Positions 29,593 to 41,172 of a stretch of DNA of 64,000 nt are shown piece by piece. This DNA is from an uncultured Chloroflexia bacterium (GTDB lineage: Bacteria; Chloroflexota; Limnocylindria; Limnocylindrales; CSP1-4): assembly GCA_963722105.1 (NCBI GenBank), contig CAVRKQ010000004.1, positions 196,335 to 260,334 on the forward strand, written 5' to 3'. Each line of letters opens with the position of its first letter. The first letter of the stretch is position 1. The notes beneath the pieces are model-generated. The model searched no databases, was not told where the DNA came from, and saw nothing but the letters and a program-made list of their open reading frames with translations. The position numbers and the translations under genes are program-made.

Positions 29593-30633
29593 TCAGGCAA
29601 AGCGCTCGAGGTCGCCGATCGGGATCGCGACCGGCGGTCGGCCGCCGAAACGGACGAACGCCGCCTCCAGCGTGACCCCGGCCGGGAACCGGCGGGGACC
29701 GGCGAGCCCCGCCCACGTGCCCTCGGCGCCGGCCAGCGGGCCGGACCGGACGCGGACGAGGTCGCGCACGGCAGGCGGGAGCGAAACGCTGGCGTCGTCG
29801 ATGACGAGGGCCGGCGGGTTGGCGACGATCGCCACCATGCTGCCCTCCGCGGCCTCGAACAGGGCCATGACCGACGAGGCGATCGGCCGGCGCGCCGCGC
29901 CGTCCAGCACCAGGATCCCGAACGGCGGCAGGCCGTGGACGCCAGCCCGACCACGCCGCTCCGAGGCGAGGAAGTCACGCTGCTCCTTGATGCCGAGCGC
30001 CGAGACGATGACGCCCCGGATCCCGACCGCCCTGGCGCGGGTCAGTGCCTCGGCGTCCATGCGCGCCCCGGCGACGACGATCGCCCCGGCGGCGCCGACG
30101 TCGACATGCTGCGCCCGGAGCTCGCCGTCGGGGCCCGTTGCGACCTGGAGACGGCCCCACGTGGGCCCTGCGAGCACGGATCGGCCCACGACCGCGCTCG
30201 ACAACGAGCGGATCGTCACCCCGGTCCCCGGCTGAACCTCGTGCACGACCCCGCCGAACGGCGCCTCGAGCGTGTCGGGCCGGTCCCCGCCGGCGATCCG
30301 CCAGCGGTTGCCGCTTCGGAAGAGCAGCTCGCCGCCCGGCTGGACCTCGCCCTCGCGTGCGTCGTGGCCCGGGGTGCCGTTCCAGCGATCGCCGGGGACC
30401 GCTGTCCCGTCCTCCCCGATCACGCCGGCCACCACGATCGTCCGCGGATCGCGGTGATGCTCGAGGATCGGCTGGCCCCGGCCCACGGCCTCGCCGGCCT
30501 TCACCAGCGGGCGGTCGCCTGGGTGGAGCCGGAAGAACGCGTCGATCGGCGACGTGACGAGGGGTCGCTGGGCGACCAGCTCGAGGCCGGCCGGCTCTGC
30601 CGTCGCGGTGGCCGCGCCGTGCTCCATCGTCAT
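29593..30633 (-). CDS. Hypothetical protein with barrel-sandwich-hybrid-like half motifs and C-terminal KOW-like motif
   Basis: LVKAGEAVGRGQPI and LEAPFGGVVHEV; GAIVVAG...ARAVGIRGVIV; VRVRSGPLAGAEG; ATGA-coupled to the upstream gene. Confidence 0.7.
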   Translation of the reverse strand: MTMEHGAATATAEPAGLELVAQRPLVTSPIDAFFRLHPGDRPLVKAGEAVGRGQPILEHHRDPRTIVVAGVIGEDGTAVPGDRWNGTPGHDAREGEVQPGGELLFRSGNRWRIAGGDRPDTLEAPFGGVVHEVQPGTGVTIRSLSSAVVGRSVLAGPTWGRLQVATGPDGELRAQHVDVGAAGAIVVAGARMDAEALTRARAVGIRGVIVSALGIKEQRDFLASERRGRAGVHGLPPFGILVLDGAARRPIASSVMALFEAAEGSMVAIVANPPALVIDDASVSLPPAVRDLVRVRSGPLAGAEGTWAGLAGPRRFPAGVTLEAAFVRFGGRPPVAIPIGDLERFA

Positions 30634-32261
30634 CGCTCGTCTCCCGGCCACGCGAGCTCGCCCCACGCCGCCAGGGCCGCCCGCCGCCGGTCGCGGCGCT
30701 CCGGGAGCCGCAGCGGCACGTCGCGGAGGTCGATGGCGAGGCCGCCGACGCCGCCGGAGACGGGCACGGCAACGCGCCGGGCGCGGTGTCCCACGCGCAC
30801 CGCCTCGCGGAACTCGAGGGTCGCGAGCGCCCGGTCACCGGGCGGGAGGTCGACGAACGACACCTCGCCGCGCGGCGAGATCGTGGCGGCCGTGGCGATC
30901 GCCATCGAGGGTCAGCCGGCCTGCCCGGGAGGCGCCGCGGCGGCCGCCGGGCACGCTGCCGACGACGAGCAGGCTGCCGATCGGGGCGAGCAGGTCGTCG
31001 GCCAGATCCGTGAGCAGGTCGCGCCGCTCATCCGGGTCGTCGATGGTCCCGATCGGGCCGAGGAGGCGCGCATGGTCGATCGCAAGCTGGGTGGCACCGG
31101 GACGGCGGATCGTATCGGCGATCGCGAGCGCCACGGCCCGTGGGGGCGCGACGGCGAACGCGCCGCCGGAGATGATCGTGACATCCGGGCTGGCCATGAG
31201 GCCGATGTCCTGGCTCCGTGCCGCAAGCCGCGTCAGCGCCGCCCGGGCGGCCGCCAGCCGGAGCCGCGCTCCCTCCCCGGAGGCGTCGGCCCAGGGCTGG
31301 GCCTGCAGGTCGAGGAGGCGGTCGCCCATCCGGTGCCGGTCCAGGCTCCCGGTCGTCCAGGCAAGGACGGCATCGACCGCCGCGTCGTCGACGTGCATGG
31401 GGACCAGTGCGGCGCTCGCCGTTCGGACAGCAACGGCCGCCGGACCCTGGTCGGCGATGCCGGGCGTGGCCATGGCCCGGAGCCCTCCGTCGATCCCGAT
31501 GTCGAGCAGCTCGAGGCGTCGGTCGAGGGCATCGGCGAGGGACAGGAGCGCGCGGACGGCCGTCTGGCGCGCGTCGCCCGTGCTGGGCAGCAGGCTCTCG
31601 AGGATCTCGCGGAGCGGCTCGTCCGGCCCGCTCCGGACGCCCAGGGGCGGGCCCTCGACGATCCGCGTCTGTGTCCCGTCGAGCGGGCGGCCGGCGCCCT
31701 CGGCCCAGGCATTTCGAGCGCCGATCGGACCGGCGAGGACGACGCGCAGCTCGGGGCGCCGGCGCGTCGACGGCGCCGACCAGTCCCGCCAGGTCGTCGA
31801 GCCAGCCGCGCTCGTCGGGCCCCGGCGGGTCCCCGGCGCCGACCAGGACCGCGATCACGTCCGGCCGGAGCGCGAGCTCGGTCATCTCGCGCGGGTCGTG
31901 ACTCTCGGGCGATGCCGCGCGGACCCGCCACGGCGTGCGTTCCGCAACGGCCTCCAGCAGCGCGACCGCGCGCCGCGAGGCTCCGAGGACCGCGAGCGTT
32001 GGCGGTGGCTCGGAGGTCGTCTCGAGGCGTGGCAGGTCCACGACGCTCTCGACGGACACCTCGAGGTCGCGAGCGAGATCCGCGTCGGCGGCGGCAAGGC
32101 GTCCGGCGAGCACCGTGGCGAGCGAGGCAGGCGGGGTGCCGGCGGGAGCGGCGATCGAGCCGAGGAGCCGCCAGCGTGATGCCGGGATGCCCGAGGAGTG
32201 CAACGGAGGTGGTGGCCGCACCCGCGTCGATGGCGAGGAGCGCCCGTGGAACGGTCGTCAC
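30630..32261 (-). CDS. Degenerate glutamate mutase L (GlmL/MutL)-like ASKHA-fold protein (several frameshifts)
   Basis: N-terminal LLAIDAGAATTSVAL; internal LLDIGIDGG; IISGGAFA; C-terminal GGVGGLAIDLRDVPLRLP..R...LAAW, as recalled for GlmL-like proteins; assembled from ORFs 31233-32261, 31028-32221, 30835-31473 and 30630-30905. Confidence 0.65.
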
Positions 32262-32267
32262 CGGGTC

Positions 32268-32273
32268 ATGCTA
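32268..32273 (-). promoter_or_regulatory. Putative -10 box (TAGCAT), leaderless start of the GlmL-like-tsa operon
   Basis: TAGCAT, 6 nt spacer, then GTG 32261. Confidence 0.55.
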
Positions 32274-32295
32274 GCCGTCGGGCGCCGCCGACGGC

Positions 32296-32601
32296 TCAGG
32301 CGTCCCAGCCGGTCTCGTCCGACAGGTCTTCCAGCCGCTCGATCAGCTGCTCGATCCCATCCTCGTCCGCGAGGAGCGCGGAGGCGCTCGGGAGCTCGCC
32401 ACCGAAGAGGCCGTGCAGCACCGGATCGAAGAACAGCATCGCGTTCGCGCCGAGCGGCCGGTACGGGCGCGAGGCCTGCAGGAAGTGGACCGCCGGTGCC
32501 GTGAGGCCGCGCAGCTGGATCTCGCGCGCGACCTCCTCGACCAGCTCGTCGCGCTGCTCCTCGCCGAGGCCGCCCTGCTCGCTGCGGCTCGCCTCGCTCA
32601 C
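32296..32601 (-). CDS. Small helical hypothetical protein (~101 aa)
   Basis: MSEASRSEQ...RDELVEEVAREIQLRGLTAPAVHFLQASRPYRPLGANAMLFFDP; GTGA overlap with the alr stop; merged onto alr in the ORF track by a frameshift. Confidence 0.7.
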   Translation of the reverse strand: MSEASRSEQGGLGEEQRDELVEEVAREIQLRGLTAPAVHFLQASRPYRPLGANAMLFFDPVLHGLFGGELPSASALLADEDGIEQLIERLEDLSDETGWDA

Positions 32602-33888
32602 GGTCGCATCGACCTCCTGGGGTTCGCCGAGTGCCCGGCAAGGGTCCGCAGCTCCCGGGGAACGGACGCCGCATGGTACACCCGGGGCAGGCGCGCGGAG
32701 AGGTCCGTGACGACCTCCCAGGAGTTCGTGGCGCGGGCCGCCGCGACCTCCGTGGCGGTGATCCGATCCGACCCCTGGACGCCGATGAGCACGAACTCGT
32801 CCGCGGCGCTCGACCGGGGGCCCGGGCACGTCCGTGACGTCGGCCATGACGGCATCCATGGCCACGTTGCCGACGAGCGGCACCCGCCGGCCGCGAACCA
32901 GCGCTTCGGCGCGATTCGAGAGGGACCGGGGCCAGCCGTCGCCGTAGCCGAGCGGCAGCGTCGCGATCCGGCTGGGTCGCGACGTGGCGAACGTCGGGCC
33001 GTAGCTGATCCCCCAGCCTGCCGGCAGGTCCGCGACGCGAACCGGGCGCGCCCGAAGCGACAGCACCGGCCGAAGGCCCGGCCGCGGCCTCGACGATGCG
33101 CCGGCGAGGCACCCCCAGGGCCCTCCAGAAGCTCCTCCGGCACGATCCCGTAGGCAGCGAGGCCCGGGCGGACCGCGTCGTACGAGGCGACGCCATCGAC
33201 CAGCAGGCCGCCGCTCGCGGCGAGATGCCGCGGGGCATCCGGATCCCGGCCGCCGGCGAGGGCGGCCGCGGCCTCCTCGAACCGCGCGAGCTGGGCCGCC
33301 GTGCGGGCTGCGTCCTCGGCGGCCTGGAGGTGTGTCCAGAGGCCCGCGAGCCGCGCCGACCCGTGAGCCCTCGATCGACCGGGCCGCCGCGACGACGTCG
33401 TCCACGGCGAAGCCGCCACGCCCGAGGCCCGTCTCGACCTCGAGCTGCAGGTCGAGCAAGGCGGAATCCGGCTCCGTGGCCGCGCCGGCGAGGGCCGCCG
33501 CCAGCAGCTCGTCGTCGCCGGCAGTGATCGCGATCCGCTCCCGCCGAGCCTCCCCTGCCAGCGCTGGCGGGATCGGGTACAGGACGAGGATCGGCGCCCC
33601 GATCCCGGCTGACCGCAGGTCGACCGCCTCGTCGAACGTCGCGACGCAGAACCCGTCGGCCCCGGCCGCGGCGAGGGCTCGAGCGACCGGCAGGACGCCA
33701 TGGCCGTACGCGTCGGCCTTCACCACCGGGTGGACCGGCACGCCATGACCCGCGATCGATCGAAGAACGGCGAGGTTCCCAACGAGTGCGTCGAGGTCGA
33801 TCTCGGCCCAGGCGGTGCGTGGCAGCGGCGGCAGGCCCGCCGCCGAAAGGCGCTCCTCGATCGAGGGTGCGGCGGCGCTGCCGGTCAG
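32598..33888 (-). CDS. alr: Alanine racemase (frameshifts near 33365 and 32815; apparent CTG start)
   Basis: TAWAEIDLDAL, VVKADAYGHG (PLP Lys), GLGRGG, VRPGLAAYG, LPLGYGDG, VGNVAMD, ARLPRVY. Confidence 0.93.
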
Positions 33889-34940
33889 GCCTTTGCTCCA
33901 TCGCCGTCACGAACCGTGAAGCCGACACGCTTGCCCGGCTTGTTCCGCTCGGCGAGGCTCGCCAGGCGCTTGCGAACGATCGGGATGCTGTCGGGCAGGT
34001 CGGAGGCGATCAGTCCCGCGTCCCCGATGCGGTCGCGGATGGACTCGCCCGCCGCACCGTGGAGGTAGACGCCGAGGCGCGCCGCGGGTCCGGGCTTGAG
34101 CCCCTGGGCCAGCAGTGCCCCGATGATCCCCGCCAGCACGTCGCCCGTGCCCCCGCTCGCGAGCGCCGGGTTCTCGAACGGCGCCACAGTCACCGTGCCA
34201 TCCGGCTCCGCGATCACCGTCTTCGCGCCCTTGAGGACCACGACCTGGTTCCATGCCGCGGCGGCCGCCGTTGCGGCCGTGCGTCGAGACTCGTCCTGAT
34301 CGAGGTCGCCGTCGCTGCCCTCCTCGACGCCTGCGCCGGCTCGGAGTCGCGCGAACTCGCCGACGTGGGGGGTCAGGACGCACGGCCGAACCGTCCCGCT
34401 CCACCACTCGCCCATCGTCGCCATCGCCCGGAGCGCCTCGGCATCGAGGACCAGCGGCGCGGGCTCCGGTTCGTGCTCCTGTGGGGCCAGGAGCAGCCGG
34501 ACGAGCTCGGTCGTCGCGAGGCCGGGGCGGAGGCCCGGCCCGACCACGATCGCGTCATTCTCGTGGTCCAGGATTCGCGCGATCGACGGCTCGGGATCGA
34601 CCTCCTCGACGTCGTCCTCGGGCAGCGCCATCGTGGTCGCCTCGACGACCTTCCCGGCGAACAGCGGCTGGAGCGACTCCGGGATCGCGAGGGTCACGAG
34701 CCCCGCGCCTGCGCGGCCCGCGGCCCGGCAGACGAGCAGGGCCGCGCCCGCGTAGTCGAGTGACCCGGCGATGACCAGGACCTTCCCGAAGGTGCCCTTG
34801 TGGCCTCGGACGGGCCGCTCCGGGAGCAGCGCCGCCGCCGCCGCGTCGTCCATCGTCACGACCGCGGTGGCCTCCGACGCCTCGCCCGACGACGGCGTCG
34901 CTTCCTGCCGGCGGAATCCGAGCGGCCGCTTGTCAGGCAT
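33885..34940 (-). CDS. nnrD: ADP-dependent NAD(P)H-hydrate dehydratase (stand-alone, no epimerase domain)
   Basis: GHKGTFG, AGSLDYAGAA, GPGL, VLDAEAL, LTPHVGEFARL, VVLKG, LASGGTGDVLAG. Confidence 0.93.
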   Translation of the reverse strand: MPDKRPLGFRRQEATPSSGEASEATAVVTMDDAAAAALLPERPVRGHKGTFGKVLVIAGSLDYAGAALLVCRAAGRAGAGLVTLAIPESLQPLFAGKVVEATTMALPEDDVEEVDPEPSIARILDHENDAIVVGPGLRPGLATTELVRLLLAPQEHEPEPAPLVLDAEALRAMATMGEWWSGTVRPCVLTPHVGEFARLRAGAGVEEGSDGDLDQDESRRTAATAAAAAWNQVVVLKGAKTVIAEPDGTVTVAPFENPALASGGTGDVLAGIIGALLAQGLKPGPAARLGVYLHGAAGESIRDRIGDAGLIASDLPDSIPIVRKRLASLAERNKPGKRVGFTVRDGDGAKA

Positions 34941-35517
34941 CGGACGGCTCGGGCTCGGGCGTCGCGGCCGGCGTTGGCGCCCCAGCGGCCGCCGTGGGCG
35001 TCGTGATCCCCCGGAGCCGCTCCATGCGGGCGAGGATCCGGCGCTCGCGGTCGTCGAGCCGCGCCTCGATGTCGGGCGGGAAGAGGAACCGGCCCCCAGC
35101 GGTCCGGATCCCGAACGCGATCGCCACCGCGTACTCGGCCTCGTGGCTGATCGACACCGCGATCCGGCCCATGCCGAGCTGCTCGGCCCGGGCCGCGGCG
35201 CGGCGATGGAGCCGGACGTTCGGCTGGCCGGTCGGCAGCCGCTCGATCTCGATCTCGGTCCAGCCGATGCCGCGGACCCCGAGGCCGAGCACCTTGCTCA
35301 CGGCCTCCTTCGCGGCCCACCGACCGGCGAACGTCTCGGGGCGGTCGCGGACGTAGCGATCCTCTGCCTCGGTGAGGACGCGTCGGGCGAATCGCCGCCC
35401 GAACTTCGCAAGGGTGTCCTTGATGCGCCCGACCTTGATGATGTCGATGCCCAGCTCGGTCGTCCCGGGGGGCGGTGAGAGCGGCGAGAGGGGCGCGATG
35501 CCCGCCGAATCATCCAT
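34933..35517 (-). CDS. acpS: Holo-[acyl-carrier-protein] synthase
   Basis: LGIDII, FAGRWAAKEAVSKVLG, VSISHE. Confidence 0.94.
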   Translation of the reverse strand: MDDSAGIAPLSPLSPPPGTTELGIDIIKVGRIKDTLAKFGRRFARRVLTEAEDRYVRDRPETFAGRWAAKEAVSKVLGLGVRGIGWTEIEIERLPTGQPNVRLHRRAAARAEQLGMGRIAVSISHEAEYAVAIAFGIRTAGGRFLFPPDIEARLDDRERRILARMERLRGITTPTAAAGAPTPAATPEPEPSDA

Positions 35518-35530
35518 TCGGCGGGAAACG

Positions 35531-37364
<1,834 letters not shown>

Positions 37365-37394
37365 GTTGTTCGTGGATCTCCCGTGATCGGCCGG

Positions 37395-38749
37395 TCAGTG
37401 TAGTCGTTGCTCCGCGAGCGCCGACAGACCGTCGGCGAGCTCGAGGACGACCTCGGCGTCCTCACCCTCGATCATCACGCGCAGCGACGGCTCCGTTCCG
37501 GACGGCCGCACCAGGACCCGCCCGCCCGTTCCGAGGCGCGCTTCGGCATCGGCGATCGCCCGCCGGAGCTCCGGGTCGCCCTCCCATTGCTCCTTGTGTC
37601 GCACCCGAACCGCCCGCTGCTCCTGGGGCAGGAGCGGGATCCGCTCGGCGAGCTCCGCGAGGGTCTTCCCGCTCGTCGTGACGACCCGGAGCAGCTCCAG
37701 CGCCGTGACGAGTCCGTCGCCCGAGGTCGTGTGCTCGCGAACGATCACGTGGCCGCTCTTCTCGCCGCCGAGGCCCGCCCCGGAGACCTGCATGCCCTCC
37801 AGGATGTACTTGTCGCCGACCGGCGTCCGCACGACCGTCCCGCCGGCGCCCTCGATGGCCGCCTGGAGGCCGCCGTTCGAGAGCACGGAGACCACGAGCG
37901 TCCCGATCGCGGGGTCGGCGCCGTCCGCGCCGGGCCGGGACAGGCGCTCCAGCGCAAGGACGCCGAGGACCCGGTCGCCGTCGACGACCTGGCCCGCGGC
38001 ATCCACGGCCACGAGGCGATCCGCATCGCCATCGAGCGCGAACCCGAGGTCCGCACCCGCCGCCACGACCCGCGCCGCGAGCGCGGCAGGCGCGGTCGCG
38101 CCGCAATCGAGGTTGATGTTCAGCCCGTCGGGGTGCGTCGTGGATCACCTCGACCGGTCGCGCCCGTGGCGCCGAGGATCCGCGCCGGCGACCGAGCTGG
38201 CCGAGCCGTTCGCGCAGTCCACGACGATCCGGAGGCGCGGACGCATCGATGCGGCGGGCCGAACCGTCGCGGTGGGCGACGTAGCGGTCGATCCGGTCCC
38301 GCGCGTCGACGACGATGCCGAGGTGTCCGGCGGGACCCCGGCCAGCTCGTCGGTGCGCCAGATCAGCTGCTCGAGCTCGTCCTCGACGGTGTCGTCGAGC
38401 TTCAGGCCGTCCGCGTCGAGGACCTTGAGGCCGTTGTCCTCGGCCGGGTTGTGCGAGGCCGACACCATGATCCCCGCTGTCACGTCGCCCTCGCCGGCGA
38501 GAAACGCCAGGGCCGGCGTGGGGACGACGCCCGACGATGTGGACGTCGACGCCCAGGCTCGTCGCGCCGGCGGCGATCGCCGCCACGAACATGTCTCCGG
38601 AGCGGCGCGTGTCCTGTCCAACGACGATCGGCGCCGCCCGGCCCGACCAGCCGTTGCGCAGTGGCGCGCCCAAGGGCGAAGGCCGTCGTCGGCTTGAGGT
38701 CGACGTTCGCGACCCCTCGGATGCCGTCGGTGCCGAACAGGCGTGGCAA
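37395..38749 (-). CDS. glmM: Phosphoglucosamine mutase (several frameshifts; TTG start)
   Basis: LFGTDGIRG, GQDTRRSG, VSASHNP, DGDADR, GGEKSGH, VRPSGTEP. Confidence 0.94.
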
Positions 38750-38764
38750 GGCTGGTGGGTGCTC

Positions 38765-40058
38765 CTAGCTGCGGTGGTGGTCCCGGCCCGCCGTCAGGTT
38801 GCGGGCGACGGTCCGGGAGGGGGTGACGCCGGCGGCGGCGGTGACGTGACGGTCACCTCGATCGGGTTCGGGTTCGCGCCGACGAGCGTCAGGCCTGTCT
38901 GGAGGTTCGCCGAGACCGGCGACGGTGTGCGTGCCATCCTCGAGCCCGGTCACGTCGACCGTCAGCGCCAGGTTCGTGCCGGACAGCCGGTCGAGGTCGG
39001 CGCAGCGAGCCGCCGATCGTGACGAGGACACGGTCAGTCGGAGAGCCGATAGTGCCGATCCGGCCGCGCGCCGACGAGCACGAGCCCGGCCTCGAACGTC
39101 CGGGTCGCCGTGATCGGGCGGAGGTGGACCGTCACCTGGACCGAGCCGGCGCCGAGCGCCTGCGACGCCCTCGGGCAGCGCCGAGCCCGACGGTCTGGAC
39201 GAACTCCGAAGACGCGCCCGCGACCGAGACCGGCGCCGTGTCGGCATGGTCGAGGCCGGCCAGGTCGTTCGCGTCGCCCTCGACGGAGACCACCGTCGGA
39301 TCGACCTCGACCGAGTCGATCTCGAAGCCGGCCGCGGGCGTGCCGTTCACCGTCGGGCTGACCGGGAGCGTCTTGGATCGCCGGTCCGTGAAGACCTCGC
39401 ACTCGCACGCGGACCTGCGGCGGGTCGATCTCGACGCGCGCGGCCGGGCCGAGGCGCTGGCCCTTGTCGTCGATCGGGACGAGGGTGACGAGCTGGTTGA
39501 CGTCGATGCCCGAGCGCGTCGACGGCGACCTCGCGCCTGGACCTCGGCGACGGTGTTCACGATCGACTGGGGGCCGCGCACGTTCGCCGTCGTCTGCTCG
39601 GCGACCGGCTCGCCGGCATCGAGGCCCGATGGGAGCGGCGAGCAGCTCGGCCCGGATGGGGACCTGCTTGCTCCCGACGCGGTCGATCGTGATCGAGATC
39701 GCACGAGGCTCGAAGTCGAGGACCTGGAGCGGGGTCGACCGCCTCGACCGTGACCGGCACCAGCACGGGGCCGCCCGTGACCTGGACGTTGCGCAGGTCG
39801 ACCGACGCCGTGAACGTCGTGCTCGTCGACCCGGAAGCCGAGGTCCGGCGGCGCAACGTACCGGATGCCCGTCACCGAGCCCGGCTCGGACAGCACGATG
39901 ACGTTCGCCGGGGCGTTGGCGATCTGGATGGGAACCGGGCTCGCGAAGGGCTGCGTGGCCTGGGACAGCACGAGGCCGCCGTACAGCAGCGTCGCGAGGG
40001 CGATCGCGGCGACCTTCAGCGGCCAGTTGTGGACGACGAACCCGATGACGCGGGGCAT
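38765..40058 (-). CDS. cdaR: CdaR / YbbR-like domain protein (several frameshifts)
   Basis: N-terminal NWPLKVAAIALATLLY TM segment; repeated YbbR-like beta-rich blocks (VRGPQSIV); located between cdaA and glmM. Confidence 0.82.
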
Positions 40059-40065
40059 GCCGACG

Positions 40066-41108
40066 CTACCCCGCTCGCCCGCGAGTTCCCGCGGGCTCTC
40101 GATCCTCGGTCCGGGCCGTCGCGGCGTCGCGGCCGTTCGACGCGTCGTCGGCGAACGCGTCGGTTGCCGTTGGCGGATCGTCGGGGGCCTCGGGGTCGGC
40201 GGCGCTCATCGGCTCGTCGGGCGGGAGCGGCTCGGTCGACGCCCGCTCACGGCGAACGGCCTGGCGCAGCTCCGCGAAACGGGCGGAGCCCCCGGGCACG
40301 GACGAAGGGAGGCGCAGGCGGGCGCGATCGGCCGGCGGCTCGAGGGCGGTTCGCAGGGCCCGGGCGAGCTGGGCCTCGTTGAGGTTGCGCCGGATGCGCG
40401 CGCGCTCGACGAGGCTCACCTGGCCGTTCTCCTCGGACACGACCACGACGATGGCGTCGGTCTGCTCGGTGGTGCCGAGAGCGGCCCGGTGGCGCGTCCC
40501 GAATCGCTCGGAGTGCATCGTCGTCTCGCCGAGCGGCAGGACCGTGCCGGCCGCGAGGATCCTGCTGCCCCGGATGACCACCGCGCCGTCATGGAGCGGC
40601 GAGCGGGGCGAGAAGATCGTCCGGAGAAGGTCTGCCGAGAGGTCGCCGTGGATCATCACGCCCGTCTCGGCGATCTGCTCGAGGCCGGTCTCGCGCTCGA
40701 TGACCATGAGCGCGCCATGGCCCTCCGCCGACAGGATGCCGGCCGCCCGCGCGACCTCGCCGGCGACGAGCTCCGCTTGGCGGCTCTCCGCTGATATGGA
40801 GCCAGCCCGAGCGAGCCGACCCGACCGATGCGATCGAGCGCCCGCCGGAGCTCGGGCTGGAAGATCACGACGAGCGCGAACAGGCCGACGACCGCGCCCG
40901 TCTCGAGGATCTGGGTGAGCAGGCGCAGGCTCAGGAGCCGAGCGGCGAAATAGACCGCGAAGAGCACCGACACGCCGATCACGAGCCGGACGGCACTCGT
41001 TCCTCGGATCAGGCTGAAGAGCCAGTAGATGAGGACGGCAGTGATCGCGATGTCGAGCACCGACGCGAGTCGAACCTGTTCGAGGATCGACTGCAGAAGC
41101 TGCGGCAT
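40066..41108 (-). CDS. cdaA: Diadenylate cyclase CdaA (frameshift near 40800)
   Basis: Three N-terminal TM segments, VVIFQPELRRAL, PLHDGAVV, GTRHRAALG, VSEENG. Confidence 0.94.
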
Positions 41109-41172
41109 CTGCGGGGCGAGTATACGTCGCGACCTTCCCCGAAACGCCTGTCCCGAGGCGACGGGAGTCCGG

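Noticed and set aside
30630-32261. Functional glutamate mutase system
   Set aside because: No GlmS/GlmE mutase subunits or B12-binding DxHxxG motif in the window; only the accessory-like protein is present.
32296-33741. Alanine racemase with a C-terminal fusion domain, as in the ORF track
   Set aside because: The apparent fusion is a frameshift artefact: alr ends at TGA 32598 and the next gene starts at an overlapping GTG.
37365-37394. glmS ribozyme
   Set aside because: Only 30 nt separate glmM and glmS, too short for the ribozyme, and no matching sequence is present.
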